From Camelus dromedarius (Eukaryota), in contig NC_087436.1 of the NCBI RefSeq assembly GCF_036321535.1, forward strand, positions 73,906,001 through 73,970,000: a stretch of DNA of 64,000 nt, given 5' to 3'. Below the pieces are notes generated by a model. The model ran no database searches. It saw only the letters and a list, made by a program, of their open reading frames with translations, and was not told the DNA's origin. Shown one piece after another: positions 23,995 to 37,065 of this stretch. Numbering within the stretch: position 1 is the first letter of the stretch; each line of letters opens with the position of its first letter. The position numbers and the translations under genes are program-made.

Positions 23995-25277
23995 CTGTTA
24001 GGAAGTAAGAACAAAAAGCCAATGTGGGTACTAGTCGGTGTGATCTGCCGGAATCAGTAAAGGTAGCCAACTGTTCTTGGGTATAACACGGCTAAGAGCT
24101 TACAGGATGAATAGAAAATGAAGAGGCAAAAAAAAAAGCCTGAGAGAAGCTCAATCCCCTCAGTGTCCAATAAAGTAAGAGACGGACTGTAATGAAAGAT
24201 GTTTAAGAGGCAGTAACTATGCTGACACCCCAACAAGGCCAAGAAAAAACATAATGTGTGATCGAAAATCAAGATGTCAGTTTGAATGGAGACTCACGCA
24301 GAAAGAAATGAGTGGTCTAGACCAGCAGGGACACATGCCAGTGTGGATAAAGCAGAGGCAAAGGAAGGGAAGCCAGGGGTGAGGCAAAGCAGAAGCAGAA
24401 GAGGCAGAGAATGGTGTGGCCTGGCAGGTTCTGAAGGCCTGGAAAAGTGCCACAGTAGACAGATGCTTGACTAGAAGATATACTTTGATACCCATTTCCA
24501 CTAAATAAAAATAGTTTCCATATCTGCCCAAGTCACTTATTTCAATGGAGTCCAACATCATTCTGCCTTCAGTGGTCACAGTTTCAGACAGTGTCAAGTA
24601 TCCTACTAACCACCCTTACACCTGCACAGCACCTGAGTGACCGCCAAGCACGTTCACATCGCTGTCTTAACTGACCCCCCAGCCCTGCCTCTGAAGGCAT
24701 CTGAAGGCTGAGGGGAGTTGCTTTGGGGGCCTCACTTTTCCATCTCTGAACCAGAGGTGGGACCTGTCTCTTGCTGCGTTGTGACTTACACGGGAGTTGC
24801 CTTTCACTGCACATACCACCACTACAGCATTTTTCAATGAAAATTCTTAGGCAAACAGGAAAACAGAGAAAATGTAATATCTTTTATAACAAATACCACT
24901 CAGATAAATAAAACATGTATTTATGGATACAACTGAAGCTCTCTGTGCAGCACTCCTGAATCTAGTCCTTCTCTGGTCCCTAGAGGTAACTGCTGTCCTG
25001 AATTTGGGTTTATCAATTCCACGCAGGCCTTTATAGCATTACCTATGTGCATGGTCATAAACAACATGTGGCACTATTTGCTATTTTTAAATGTTATATA
25101 AACAGTATACGACATTCTCTTTCTATAATTTAATCTTTCATTCAACATTATATTTTTAAGATTTATTATATTAATGTGCATGGCTCTGGTTCTTACATTT
25201 TATTTCCTATATGATATTTTAGCATATGCATACACCGTCATTTATATTCTCCTTCTTTCAGGTACTTATATTGCTTC

Positions 25278-25918
25278 TGATGTAAGAAATTTTCATATAT
25301 TGCGAAATGGGGAAGTCATTACGGCTTATGTATTGATTTAAGTTAAACTTTATGCTAACTAGAATGGCCTGTCTTTTGGCCTATCAAACATGTATCGTAC
25401 ATCTGCTTTAACCATTAAAGAAAAGAACGCCTTTAACAATCAAAATGGAGCAACTGTGGTTCAGCCATTTAGGACGGAGCCAGGTGGCCACTGTGGATGT
25501 GGTTTTAGACATGTCCCTGTATCACTGAGAACTTAAACTTCCCGAACTGTATCAGACTCAAGGACACCACCAGCTGTTCTCAAAACAGTATCTGCTGGCA
25601 GCTGCCAGCTGCAGCCGCATGGTCTCAAGGTCGCCCCTTGTAACTATGCAACAATTTCAGATGCCAACCAATCCTGGCTTAACAAGCACCCTTACTTCTC
25701 GCCGGCTCCAATTATAATTTTTGATAAAAAAACTCATATAACTAACTGTAACTTTGAGGTTTTTTGCTTTTAGAAGCTTACCTCATCTTGCAGTCCAGCA
25801 AAACACAATTCGAGTGCTTACTGAATCTGTGTCTCCCAGGCTATAACCCTCAGTTGGGCTTAAATAAAACTCTTTTCCATTCCTATTGTAGATTGTTTAC
25901 TGATTGTTTCCAAGGACA
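25278..25918 (+). mobile_element. Solo ERV1-class LTR (641 bp) with perfect 4-bp TSD CTTC, inserted into an old L1 fragment
   Basis: cttc|TG...CA|cttc (25274-25277, 25919-25922); AATAAA at 25863-25868. Confidence 0.85.
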
Positions 25919-26298
25919 CTTCCAGTTTTTCCAAACCACAATCAACGTTGCAATGACCATTTCTGTATAAGTCTCCTTCATATATACACAAAGTTCTTCA
26001 GGCCAGGGAACCTAGGTAGGAGGGAAGTGTGGAATCATGGGGTTTGCACGCCTTTGGCTTTACTAAGCATTGCCAAGCGGCTCTTCAGAAGTGGTGGTAC
26101 CGGGGTAAGAATGAGTCTCCTCTGTGTCAAATTTTCAGTAAGTCCCCTCTTGCCCTCCTAGGTGTCCTTGTCTCATTCACTGCACTCAAGCAAATTTCCT
26201 CTGCCTTCAGTCCTGCCACAAATACTGACTGAGCAGAGCAGCTGCACCGCGGCACAAAGAGCAGGGATGCAGAGGGCAGTGAAAGAAGGGCTGTTTCT

Positions 26299-26388
26299 GG
26301 GGGGAGGGTAGAGCCCAGTGGCAGAGTGTGTGCTTAGCATGCATGAGGTCCTGGGTTGGATCCCCAGTAATTTAATCTTTTTTAAAAA
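26299..26388 (+). mobile_element. tRNA-Ala-derived SINE (Vic-1 type)
   Basis: ggggagggtagagcccagtggcagagtgtgtgcttagcatgcatgaggtcctgggttggatccccagt; degenerate TSD gctgtttctg/gctatttctg. Confidence 0.85.
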
Positions 26389-26979
26389 GTGCTATTTCTG
26401 AGGAGGATGATACCACTTGGTGGCTGACTTAATGCAAGAGAGGAGCGAGGTTTATGGTGTTGCCAATGACTCTGGCAAGGCTGACTGGGCGGTGTTGCAA
26501 TTGTGTGAGATATGAAAGTCCAGAAGAACAGCCGTTCTTGAGAATGCTGACTCTACAGCGTCAAAGGCAATGAAGTTACTTCTGACTGAGGAGAAGTTTC
26601 ACAAACAGCCTTGCAGGAGCGAGCAGGAGAGGAAAGGGAGGCTGCGTGAGTCAGCCCCTCATTGGAGCAGTTTGAGGCTGAAGGGCGGGAGAAGGCGCAG
26701 TGGTGACAGGGAGTTGGGCATCAAGGTGCAGGGCAGGACCCTTCTTCCCACAGAAGGGACTGAATGACACTCGTCTGCAGAGAAGGAGCAGGCAGGAGAG
26801 AGGGAGAGATGCAGGGCAGGCATAAGATATATCATCAGTGGGAAGGTCAGAGCTCAGCAGACTTATCAACTCTGAAATGTGGACAACGGTGTGATTTCTT
26901 TATCTCTTATGTAGCGATTACCTGTTGACTGGAAGCAGACCAGATCAAATTTCATGCTTGACAGAGCATATTATAATAA

Positions 26980-27230
26980 CTAAGAGCCAGCATTTAATAT
27001 TTACCATGTGACAAGCTCTGGGTTAAGTATGTTACTAAAGTAACTCATTTATCTTTAAAACAATTTCCAAGGTAGGCAACTATTTCTATCTTTATTTTAC
27101 AAATGAGGAAAGTGAGGCACAGAGTGGTTAAATAACTCTCCCAAGGTCACACAGCTGTAAGTGGTGAAGCTGGTATTCAAACCAACGCAGCCTGGCTCTG
27201 GAGTGAACCACCACACTACACTGTGCTGTC
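26980..27230. repeat. MIR SINE (representative; other MIR fragments at ~18600-18800, 19250-19450, 21540-21720, 22220-22440, 39690-39900, 42300-42520, 54530-54770)
   Basis: MIR core attttacaaatgaggaaagtgaggcacagagtggttaaataactctcccaaggtcacacagct. Confidence 0.8.
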
Positions 27231-27357
27231 TCTCAATGAGCCAAGATCACTGATCACCGATTATGCATACACATCCTTATCAAATAAGTACAGCTACACG
27301 CATTCCTCGCAGCTTTAGTGGTCCTGCAGTCAAAGAACTAATTTTTCAAGTTCTTAC

Positions 27358-27477
27358 CTGCAAAAGTCAGATGGGAAGACATAAAGGACTTCGTCTTTGG
27401 TGATTAATGGGTGAAAAGAATCTCCATCAGTTCCATTGATCATATTGCATTCGTCAGCTGTCCACCAGTCAAGTGAC
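27358..27477 (-). CDS. SCARB2: SCARB2 exon 6 (SLDWWTADECNMINGTDGDSFHPLITKDEVLYVFPSDFCR), 120 nt
   Basis: aacag|GTCACTT ... TGCAG|gtaag; CD36-family INGTDG motif. Confidence 0.97.
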
Positions 27478-28659
27478 CTGTTGTTGGGAGCACAAGAAAG
27501 GGTCTAGATGATCACACTGGATTTCAGGCTTTTTATAATGGTCGGGACTTTTCAAGACTTAACTGGGCGCTGGCTATCCACAGAATCTTACTCACATGCG
27601 GACACATGGGGTGATATTGGTTGGGGATGGGATCAAGAGGGGAAAAGCAGGCCCCTGACCCCAAATCAATTCTGACAGAGGCAACAGCCAAAAATCTCTT
27701 TCCTTCCTCAAAAATAAGAGTATCTTACATAGAGGTTTAGGAATATCCATTTACTTAAAGCAGTGATCTAATTTGGCATTCACAATAGCCTTGTTGACAG
27801 ACAAGCTCTAAACAGATATGTTCAGATAGATAATACTCATGACAGCATTAACTCCCCCATAAACAGCTCTCTATTACAAAATTAGCAGAGGACTTCTCTT
27901 GGGCCACAAGAAAGCTTAATATTGAATCGACTTTATACACACTAAAAGCACAGTTGAGATAGTGGGTTTTTAAAAATTAATTCCTTGAATAATGGTACAA
28001 AATGCAAAAGACAGGAAAGGATGGATAATAAATAGTAATTCTTCCAACTTCTGGTCAAGGTGGCACTCTAAGTTCATGTACTGAGGGTCTCTTCCAAGTG
28101 AAAACATACAGCAGTGGTTGATAAAACACAAGAGAGATAACATTTAAAAGGTCTACACTCAAACAAAATCTCCCTAGACAATGAAAGGTGATAAAAGCCA
28201 CGTGGTGAGTAGGGCTAAAGCTGCTGGTCCACCAGGCTGCAGGTCTGGAAGCCAGGAGACAGATCTGCAAGGCCAGCTCCTAGGTTAATGAGCTGCAGGC
28301 CTGAAATCAGGGTCTGGGGCCAGGGATCCTCTGCTCACTAAGAGAGGCAAAGAAAGCAAAGCCGAGTCACTGGCGGGCAGGAAGCCCCACACACAGCCTC
28401 ACAACCTGAATCCGAGTCAAGCCGCCTGCTGACTCTTTGGCTAGGTCTGTGATGACCTCTGCGTAATTATGAGGTAGAGGCCCACCATGTGTCCTGTTTG
28501 GGGGGCTCCTGGGTGGGCTACATGGGGGCAACTGCAAAAGTGCTGCCCAGGGCAAGGTGAGAGGATGGATGGATGGATAGATAACAGACAGACTTCCCGA
28601 CTGCAATAATTCTGCTAATCAACATTTGTCTATTAAATGAAAGAAACTTGTGCTAAGAG

Positions 28660-29715
28660 ACAGGCAACAAAATCAACAATGAGGAGATGAATTCACTTTA
28701 AAAGAAATTAAAATAACTGAACAATCTGGCTAATACTTTAAATAAATATGTTGTTTAGTATCCTCAAAGAGACAAATGAAAGAACACCATCCTTAGAAAA
28801 GAATGGTAAATTCTCAAAAAAAATAAAAAAGAAAGAATGAAGTAAGAGTAGAGAGATCTAAAGAATGAAAAAGAAATCTTGGGAATAAAAATAATTTCTG
28901 AAAGAAAAACTCAATATAGGGATAAACTCTAGACTGTACCTAACTAAAATTGTTACAAACTGAGAGTGAAATAGATATTTTTAAATATGCAAAATCTAAG
29001 ACAGTTCACTACCCACAGATCCTTCCTGAAGGAACTAGTAATGCAAGGTTCCTCAACCTGTTAACACTTCGAGCCTGATAATTCTTTGTGGGGGGCTGTA
29101 CACTACAGGACAGTTAGCAGCATCCCAAGTCTCCATCCAGTAGATGCCAGTAGCCCCCTCCAGTTGTGACAACCAAAGATGTGTCCAGACATCACCAAAT
29201 GTCCTCTGGGGGGGGGGGGGGCAAAACTGCCTCTATTTGAGAATCAACGTACTAAGGATCTTCAGCAAGAAGAAAACTAAACCCAAGGGGAAGATGTGAG
29301 AAGGCAAAATAATAATAAATATTTACTATAAAAATAATGAACTTTGTACTTATATTTGGCTTCCTAAGAAGGTGGAACAAGTGGCAGACAAGAATAACAC
29401 AGAGGATGTGTGTGTGTGTTAAGAAATGGGTAAAGATATTGTCTTGTTTAAAAAAGGGAGATAATAGATAGCTTTCGATTCTGTTAGGAAAATACTATTA
29501 AATGTAAACTAAGGGTAGAATAGACATAAACCAGCTAAGGGTGAAAAAGAACGTAGAAATAAGTCTAAATATATCAAGTAATACATTATTATATCATAAA
29601 TGTATCAGTAATTACAATACGTATATAAAAGGATTAAACTCTCCCATTAAAAGACTGGAAAGAAAATAACAAATTAGGTTTAAAACAAAATCCAGCTATA
29701 TCCTGTTTACAAGTA
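28660..29715 (+). mobile_element. Ancient L1 ORF1/ORF2-start relic interrupted by MER20
   Basis: A-rich; aaggattaaactctcccattaaaagac...ccagctatatcctgtttacaag resembles the L1 endonuclease start. Confidence 0.6.
29044..29249. mobile_element. MER20 (hAT-Charlie) DNA transposon
   Basis: ttagcagcatccc...ccagtagatgccagtagc...gttgtgacaaccaaagatgtgtccagacat...ttgagaatc. Confidence 0.85.
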
Positions 29716-30520
29716 AATTTCCCTCCCAGCCCAGTACCCAGTCATGTAGTTCCCTCTCCAAAGAAAAATTTAAATAAACTTTTCATTTAAAAACAATTTT
29801 AGCTTCACAGAAAAGTTATGAAATAATACTCCATACTAGTTTTTTGCCTGTATTCTGGGAAGCTTCGAAGTTAATTTAATATTCAAGAATAGAATTCCTC
29901 TTACCATAGTCCCTGAAGAATCAGCTTCCTTTTCTCTCAAAGATTTTTAATTTCTATGACTTAAAAAAAAATCATTTTGCTTTATGTGTGGCTTTATTGC
30001 AAACTGCCTCAGTCCCTTTTTGGAAGTAGTTTGTAAGTCATAAATATTAAAATAAAATATTTTGAAATGCTATAATACTGAACTCAAATGTATTTCATCT
30101 TAAAAGAAAAATACATGAACAATGCAGAATCACTAAATTAAATTAAAAAGAGAGCCTCTTTCTTCCCCCCAAAACAAGGAATGATTGGAGAAGGATTTGT
30201 GCTGCAGCTGCGCGTCACTCAATGACAACTAAGTGGAAGAGTGAAATTCCCCACTGGCTTGTAAGTCACAACTGGATAAGCTAAATCTACAGATCATTCA
30301 TATTTAACTCATGGAGTACCTTGCCCCAACCCTGATTTATAAAATAATTCTACATATTATATGTTACAGTATTTTACATGTTTATAGATATTTTTTAGTT
30401 TATCGATTTTTTTATCCAAAAAATGACGGTGCTAAAATTTTTCTGAAATAATGCAGAAGTGGATATTCAGTTTAAATAAAAATTAAAAAAATAATTACAC
30501 CAATAAATCATTAGACTTAC

Positions 30521-30612
30521 GTTTTCCCATTCCATTCCACAATCTTGGAAAAATTAAGGTAATTGTCCTCTCCGGTTAGAAAGACATAGTCTCCATCATT
30601 AGTCCCATTTTT
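30521..30612 (-). CDS. SCARB2: SCARB2 exon 5 (KNGTNDGDYVFLTGEDNYLNFSKIVEWNGKT), 92 nt
   Basis: ttttag|AAAAATGGG ... AAAAC|gtaagt. Confidence 0.97.
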
Positions 30613-30644
30613 CTAAAAATAAGTGAATACGGTCATTAAAGTAA

Positions 30645-31020
30645 CTATGACAGTTACGTGTATTAACTTGCCTAGGCTTATGGTACCCAGTTGTCTGGTT
30701 AAACAATACTCTAGATGTTGCTGTATTTTGTAGATGTGATCAGCTTACTTTAAGCGAAGATTACTATGGAAAATGTGGGCTCATTCAATCAGCTGAAGGC
30801 TTTAAAAGCAAAACCTGAGGTTCCCTGGAGAAAAGGAACTCTCCTCAAGACTGTAACATAGAAATCTTGCCTGTGTTTCCAGCCAGCTTGTCCTATGGGT
30901 TTCAGACTTGCCACCTGCCAGCCCCACAATCACATAAGCCAGTTTCTTAATACGAATCTCTTGATATAGATACACAGATCTCCATGGATTCTGCTTTTCT
31001 AGAGAACCCTAACTGATACA
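30645..31020 (+). mobile_element. MLT2-like (ERVL) solo LTR next to SCARB2 exon 5
   Basis: aacttgcctaggcttatggtacccagttgtctggttaaac...ctagagaaccctaactgataca. Confidence 0.75.
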
Positions 31021-31169
31021 GTAACTAACACATTTAATCTTTATGAAACTGTCCTGATTGGGCCTAATGGCTACATGCAATTGAGCCAGAAATAGAGAAC
31101 AGAGCGACTATTTTGCTAAATCCTATATTAACCATATTATTACTTTATGGTTTTAAAAACTGTAAGTCC

Positions 31170-32225
31170 CATTAAATAATGGACAAAGGATCTGAAGAGA
31201 CTTTTCTCCAAAGAAAATATACAAGTACATATACAAACAGCCAGTAAGTACATGAAAAGATGCTCAACACTATTAGTCATTAGAAAACGCAAATCAAAAC
31301 CACAAGGAGGGGGAAGGGTATAGCTCAGTGGTAGAGCGCATGCTCAGCACCCAAGAGGTCCTGGGTTCAATCCCCAGTACTTTCTCCAAGCAAAAGTCAA
31401 GGAATAAACCTAACTACCTCTCCCTCATAAAACAAACAATACAAGTAAAACTCACAATGAGATACAACTTTATACCTACGAGGATGGCAATTAAAAAACA
31501 GGAAAATAACCAGCACTGATGAAGATATGGGGAAACCGGAGCCTTCTTACTTTGCTGGTAGGAATGTAAAATGTTGCAGCTGCTGTGGAAAATAGTTTGG
31601 CAGTTTCTCAAAAAGTTAAACATAGCATTGCCATATGACTCCAAAATTCCACCCCTATGTATATACCCAAGAGAATTCCACTCCAAGGTATGTATCCAAT
31701 GTTCATACAAAAACTTGTGCACAAATGTTCATAGCAGCATTATTCACAATAGCCAAAAAGTAGAGACAACCCAAATATTCATCAACTGAACACTGGATAA
31801 ACAAAGTGTATATCCATACAATGGAATATTACTAAGCCATGAAAAGGAATTAAGTGCTGACACATGCTATGACATGGATGAATCTTGTGATCAGTATGCC
31901 AAGTGAAAGAAGGCAGGCACAAAAGTCATATATTGTACAAGTTCATATAAAATCCATTCCATTTATGTGGTTGTCCAGAATAGGCAAATCCACAGAGACA
32001 GAAAGTAGATTAGTGGTTACCAGGAGCTGGTGGGAGGGGGGAATGGAAGTGATTGCTAATAGGTTGTAGTTTTTGGGGAGGGAGAGGTGATGAAAATGTC
32101 CTGGAATTAGATAGCAGTGGTGGTTGCATAACCTTGCGAATATACTAAAACCCACTGAATTGTAAACCTTTAAATGGTGACTTTTAATGTTAAGTTAATT
32201 ATATTTCAATAAAAAGATTTAAAAA
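31170..32225 (+). mobile_element. Older L1 (L1M-type) ORF2 C-terminus and 3'UTR
   Basis: ggacaaaggatctgaagaga...atgaaaagatgctcaacac...aatgttcatagcagcattattcacaatagccaaaaag. Confidence 0.85.
31306..31440 (+). mobile_element. tRNA-Ala-derived SINE (Vic-1 type, long-tail form) nested in an L1 fragment
   Basis: gggtatagctcagtggtagagcgcatgctcagcacccaagaggtcctgggttcaatccccagtac ... ataaacctaactacctc tail; splits the L1 motif aaatcaaaaccacaa|tgagatac. Confidence 0.88.
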
Positions 32226-35200
32226 CATAAACCTAGGGCCAGGAACCCAAGTATACATGAGTAGCTGCACCAGAAGAAAGCAGTATTAATACAATCACAT
32301 TTCCAATTAAAGGTTTTTCTTCTTGTATATTCTTTCGAAGTTACACTTCTTAAGGGCTCAGATAGACAATCCATATTCTTACAAATTCTTTACCTGAGGA
32401 AGGAGCTTTGATTTTGAGGAAATAGCATGGGTTACTCTGAAACATTTAAATGCTTAACCACTTGGCCTAGCTCACATCTGAGTTAAGTGGAAGACTTCAA
32501 GAAGCAAAATACATTTTTTTTTTTTTAGTAGTTTGGTCTGTTTCCTTTTAGTCATTTTTCTATAAAAAATTTGTTTACAGAACTAAGATATATATAATAT
32601 AATATATAGTATATGCTATACACAATTTTTATACACATATACAATTGTGTATATACATATATACACATACACATATATATAGTTTCTTTACTTATGTGTG
32701 TAACATATTTCCAGTGTTAACAAAAGTTCTTTGTAGGCCTAATTTAATGAGTCTGTAATATTATGTGGAAATAATTTACTTAACCATTTTCTTATTATTG
32801 AATATTTACTTTTGAAATTTTTCCTACTATAAATAATGAATAAATATCTTTACGACTAAAAATCCTTCCTGTACTTTTAATTTCTAAATAGACCACTAAA
32901 AGTGAAATTACCAGATAAAAGAACATGAACATTTTTTAAACTTTTGATACATATTATCATATGCTCAAGGTCATCCAATGCAAGAAGCAAGATGAATTAG
33001 CTTACGTTCCTCAAATGCCTTTCATTAAACACTGCTTATCGGATCAACAAAAAAAAGGGCTTCTTATCTCTTTTTGCTTTTCTGTACTCATTGAGGTGGC
33101 ACTCGTTTTTTCATTCAGCCACTTGCCTTAAAAAACATTCATATACTCTGAATTCTCTTTTCAATTTTTTTGCCTACTTGGGTTCTTTTTTTTGTCACTT
33201 CACATTATTTCACCAACTATATCAATATATCAAACGTGGTCCACATACGTAAGGGTCACGTTGTGTTTTCCATACAGGAAATTTTACGTGACTTTAAGAC
33301 ACGAGAGAGGACTTCTCTTTAAGTGCAGGAAAGCATGTGTGTTGCTTCTTGAAGTCCTCTGCTTAACTCAGATGTGGGTTAAGCTAAGTGGTAGGTATTT
33401 AAATACTTCAGAGTAACTCAAAAAGAGGTCTCCTCAGCTGTTACCAGCCCAAATGTCAGACTCTGAATGTGAAACTTTTGTTATTTGCAGACAAGTAGGA
33501 ATAAATAGGTTTCGTGTTCTTGCAGTAGGGACATGGGTTGGAAATAAGGAATATATTACTGCAAGAGGTTGAGAAGTGTCCTGAGAATAAGACTACAACA
33601 GTCACACCAGTAGCATAAGACAAGCATAATCCATTCTCCCAGCAGGACGGGCTGCACTGGCTGACCCCTCAAAGATACTTCTCAGCCACTGTAACTATAT
33701 ACATCCGAGAACCACACTCACTGGGAGGTGCTTGAACTCTCTTATGCCAAGTAGAATAGAGGGCCCCTGAAATCAACAGGTACAGAAATGCCGACTGACT
33801 TTCCAACATGCAAATAGCAGCATCTGATACTCAACCAGGTCCCTTTTTCCCGGGAGCTCTGTGACAACACACTGTCTGTATTACCTCATCCTAGTCACTC
33901 TCACATCCTGTCCCGCCCCATTAATTGTTTGGCTGTTTCATCATTAAAGTCTTTGAAGGAAAGTGTTTGATGGCATTAACTAAGGTTTTCTTTTTTCATC
34001 ACAACGTGCAGTGGAGCAGGTGGAACAGGCACACACGGAATCAGAGGGGAATGTGGCAGAATGCCACTAGGATTAAGGAAAGATTGGAGGCACGGCTCAG
34101 GCAGGTGCAGAGCAGGTGATGCCAGTGAAGGCGCAAAACCCCACAGCCTGTCCCAGTTTGAGTGAATGACAGGATAAGTGTGAACTTCTGGGCTGCGGGC
34201 TATAGATAGGATTTGGCCAGAGCAGATGAAAAACCAAACCAAAAACACCTTTGCCTTTTGCCAACAACACTACAGAGAGTTTATTGGACTACAAAATGGA
34301 AACACATACCAGTCATTCACATTAATTCAGGGTCATTTTTTGAGCAATTTATGGAGGGGAAAACGAATAATGGTTCCTGGAATGTGTGTTACAATTTATA
34401 GTTTGCAAAGTACATTTGTGGACTCTCTCAGCCGTTCAAAACGTTTGAAGTGTGGATATTTTAAGTCTCAAGTGACAAATGAAAGTGAGGTTAGAAAAGT
34501 CACATAGCTATTAAATGAAAAAGTCAGAACACAAATCTAGGCCCTCTGATGCTAAGTCTTTGCACCTCTTGTGAAGATAATATTAAAAGTTGTTTACCAT
34601 TTTATTTGGATGGTTTCTAAGTTTTGTATATTCTTGAAGGTACAGGGGCAGTATTAGCACCATTTGCCATTTAGGAACTGAAATGCTAAGAGCTTATGTG
34701 GTGAGGGTAAGATTCTTGAGTAGTTAGAGCCAGAGAATAACAACAAATATAAAGATGAGGAAACACATCACAATTCCATATCCTGCCCCGAATCTATCCT
34801 CACTTTCTGAGTTTAAGTTTGTCATTTACCGAACTACCAATTATTCATTTTACTCAAGTTTTTTTTGGGGGGGGGGTATAGTTTTTTTTAATTACTTTTA
34901 ATTCATCTGATATTCAGGCAGCAATAACATATATTTTGAATAATTACCTGAATGCTGATATTTTTGGTTTCAAACCAAAGTAAATAAAATCTGGCAGGAA
35001 TGATACAAAATTCCACTTATAAGAAATCATACATGAGCGATGCACAGAGTTTCAAATTATCCAGCTTCTTTCAGTATGAGATGTCTCAAATCTAACACTT
35101 AGCTCCCATCCATAATAGACTACCACATCCCTGTTTAGTTTCTTATTTGCCTCTGCCTGGCTGATCCATAGTCATCAAAATAAGACCTGGCATTGACCAC

Positions 35201-35493
35201 TGAAATTTATGATACTTTGAAACACTGCACCCGAGTAATGACACAGCCAGTTTGTATTTTTTCATAGCTACACTCAATCAAAGTCAGTGCTGGTAGCATG
35301 TTGAAATTGTGGGAGAAGGTTTTCCCCCTTACTGAAATACTTTCTTATTTTTCACGTACTCTACCAGACGTCTAGAATTCCAGGCAATTTTGGTCTTTTC
35401 CTAGAAGAAACTCAAAGTGAAACTAAAATCTGGCTTGGGGTTCTCCCCCACCTCAGCTGAACAAAGAATCTCTGAAAAGAAAAATCAACTTAC

Positions 35494-35682
35494 CCCATAG
35501 AACAGGCCAAAATAGGGAGAGATATCAGGTTTGAAAACGTTGATGAGGGATAAGATCTCATCTTTGTAGCCCCAGAGCAATTCATGGACCGTGCGCGTCA
35601 CAAAGAGCTTCTGCTGATAGGCCTTCAACAAGGCTTCGATGACCTCGCGGAGGAGCGGGAGCCGGGCCCATTCCATGGCCGT
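35494..35682 (-). CDS. SCARB2: SCARB2 exon 4 (TAMEWARLPLLREVIEALLKAYQQKLFVTRTVHELLWGYKDEILSLINVFKPDISPYFGLFYG), 189 nt; apical helical bundle
   Basis: ccacag|ACGGCC ... GGG|gtaagt; ELLWGY motif. Confidence 0.97.
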
Positions 35683-36706
35683 CTGTGGAGCACAGGCAAA
35701 TTCAGACAGCAGCGACCCCACCCCACTCTCCCACTGCCTCTTCAGCAAAGGGGGGATGCAAACTTAAATGCAAATACTGAGATCAAATAGCTGAAAAATC
35801 AGCCAGTGAGCTCGTTTCTGGCTGTGTGTGAAAAATAAGACTCTTCAGATATTGTTCTTTCTCAGTATTATATTTTGTAAGCGTGACCTTAGCATCCTCA
35901 CTTGCAACTCGTTTTCCTGACACTGCTGAAGGGAAAAACTATTGCAAATACCTTGGCATCTTTCGCCACAAGGTGGCGGAATCTTCCCCCTGATCAGGGC
36001 CAGAGGCTGGGCCCTCAGAAACTGCTCCACTAGGCAGCTGGGCAGGGCCAGATCTGGGATCTAATATTTTCTAGGTCTTGGGTCCACTGTAAGTGCCCTG
36101 CTGCATATGTAGTGGTCACCTAGGAGTTAGAGTGGTGGCCTCAGAGGGGACTGGTGCAGATGAGTAGAAGTTTTCTGGGTCTCGTGTATTTTTATTAGCT
36201 GGAAATGCCATTATAAACAGAGTTCAGTGAAATCATGCTAGGCTGTAATCAACAGCCCAGTCTCTGCTATTTGGAAAGGAGGAAGAAATTCAATATGTAG
36301 TTTGAGAATTAAAAAAAACCCAAGATAGAAAGCTAAATTAAGAAGTGGGAGATAAACTCCATTGCTAGTGTTTCTGAATCAAAACAAGGGGCAAATATTT
36401 TTTAAATTATCAGCCACCCTCCAAAATCCTAGAGACAAAATTATTTGCTCAAGTGCTAATCCTGAACACATAGGAAGAAACTGTGAAAAAAACTCTAAAA
36501 TTTGTGTTTTGTCATCATCTGAAAAGACCACATTGAAAGACTTCAAGAAAAGTTAAAGATGAACTTTAAAGAAGGGGAGGGGAAATAATACATATATAAT
36601 TTTAATATATATATTTTTATATAACTTAATAGTGTCTAAAAGTAAAACTATAATGGCCTTATCTTTTTCCTTTCTTCTAATAATGAGACTTAACGTGCCT
36701 ACTTAC

Positions 36707-36854
36707 CAATGCAGGAATATTTAATGTTCTAAGTAAGTCAATTTTAGGGTCTCCAACAGACTTGCCTCGTTCAAAAACATAGGCCTTGTTGCTAACAGCA
36801 GATATTGTTGTTCCATTATCTCCAAATTGAATATCTGCTTTGTTCCTGAGTTCC
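36707..36854 (-). CDS. SCARB2: SCARB2 exon 3 (ELRNKADIQFGDNGTTISAVSNKAYVFERGKSVGDPKIDLLRTLNIPAL), 148 nt
   Basis: ttttag|GGAACTC ... TTG|gtaagt. Confidence 0.97.
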
Positions 36855-37065
36855 CTAAAAGAAAAGGATTTTTTTTTTTTGAAAATAGGCACCATTTTAC
36901 TAAGTAATACTTTTCCTTTTTTAGCATCAAAGTTATTTTCAGTATAACACTCCCAATATAACCCTTATGCAGAGAGACTGCAGATACTAACCCCTTAAAT
37001 CCTGGAGATTTAAGCCATAATGCAGGAAGGAAATAAGCCCTTAGAGTCAAAAAACTGTCGTTTGT

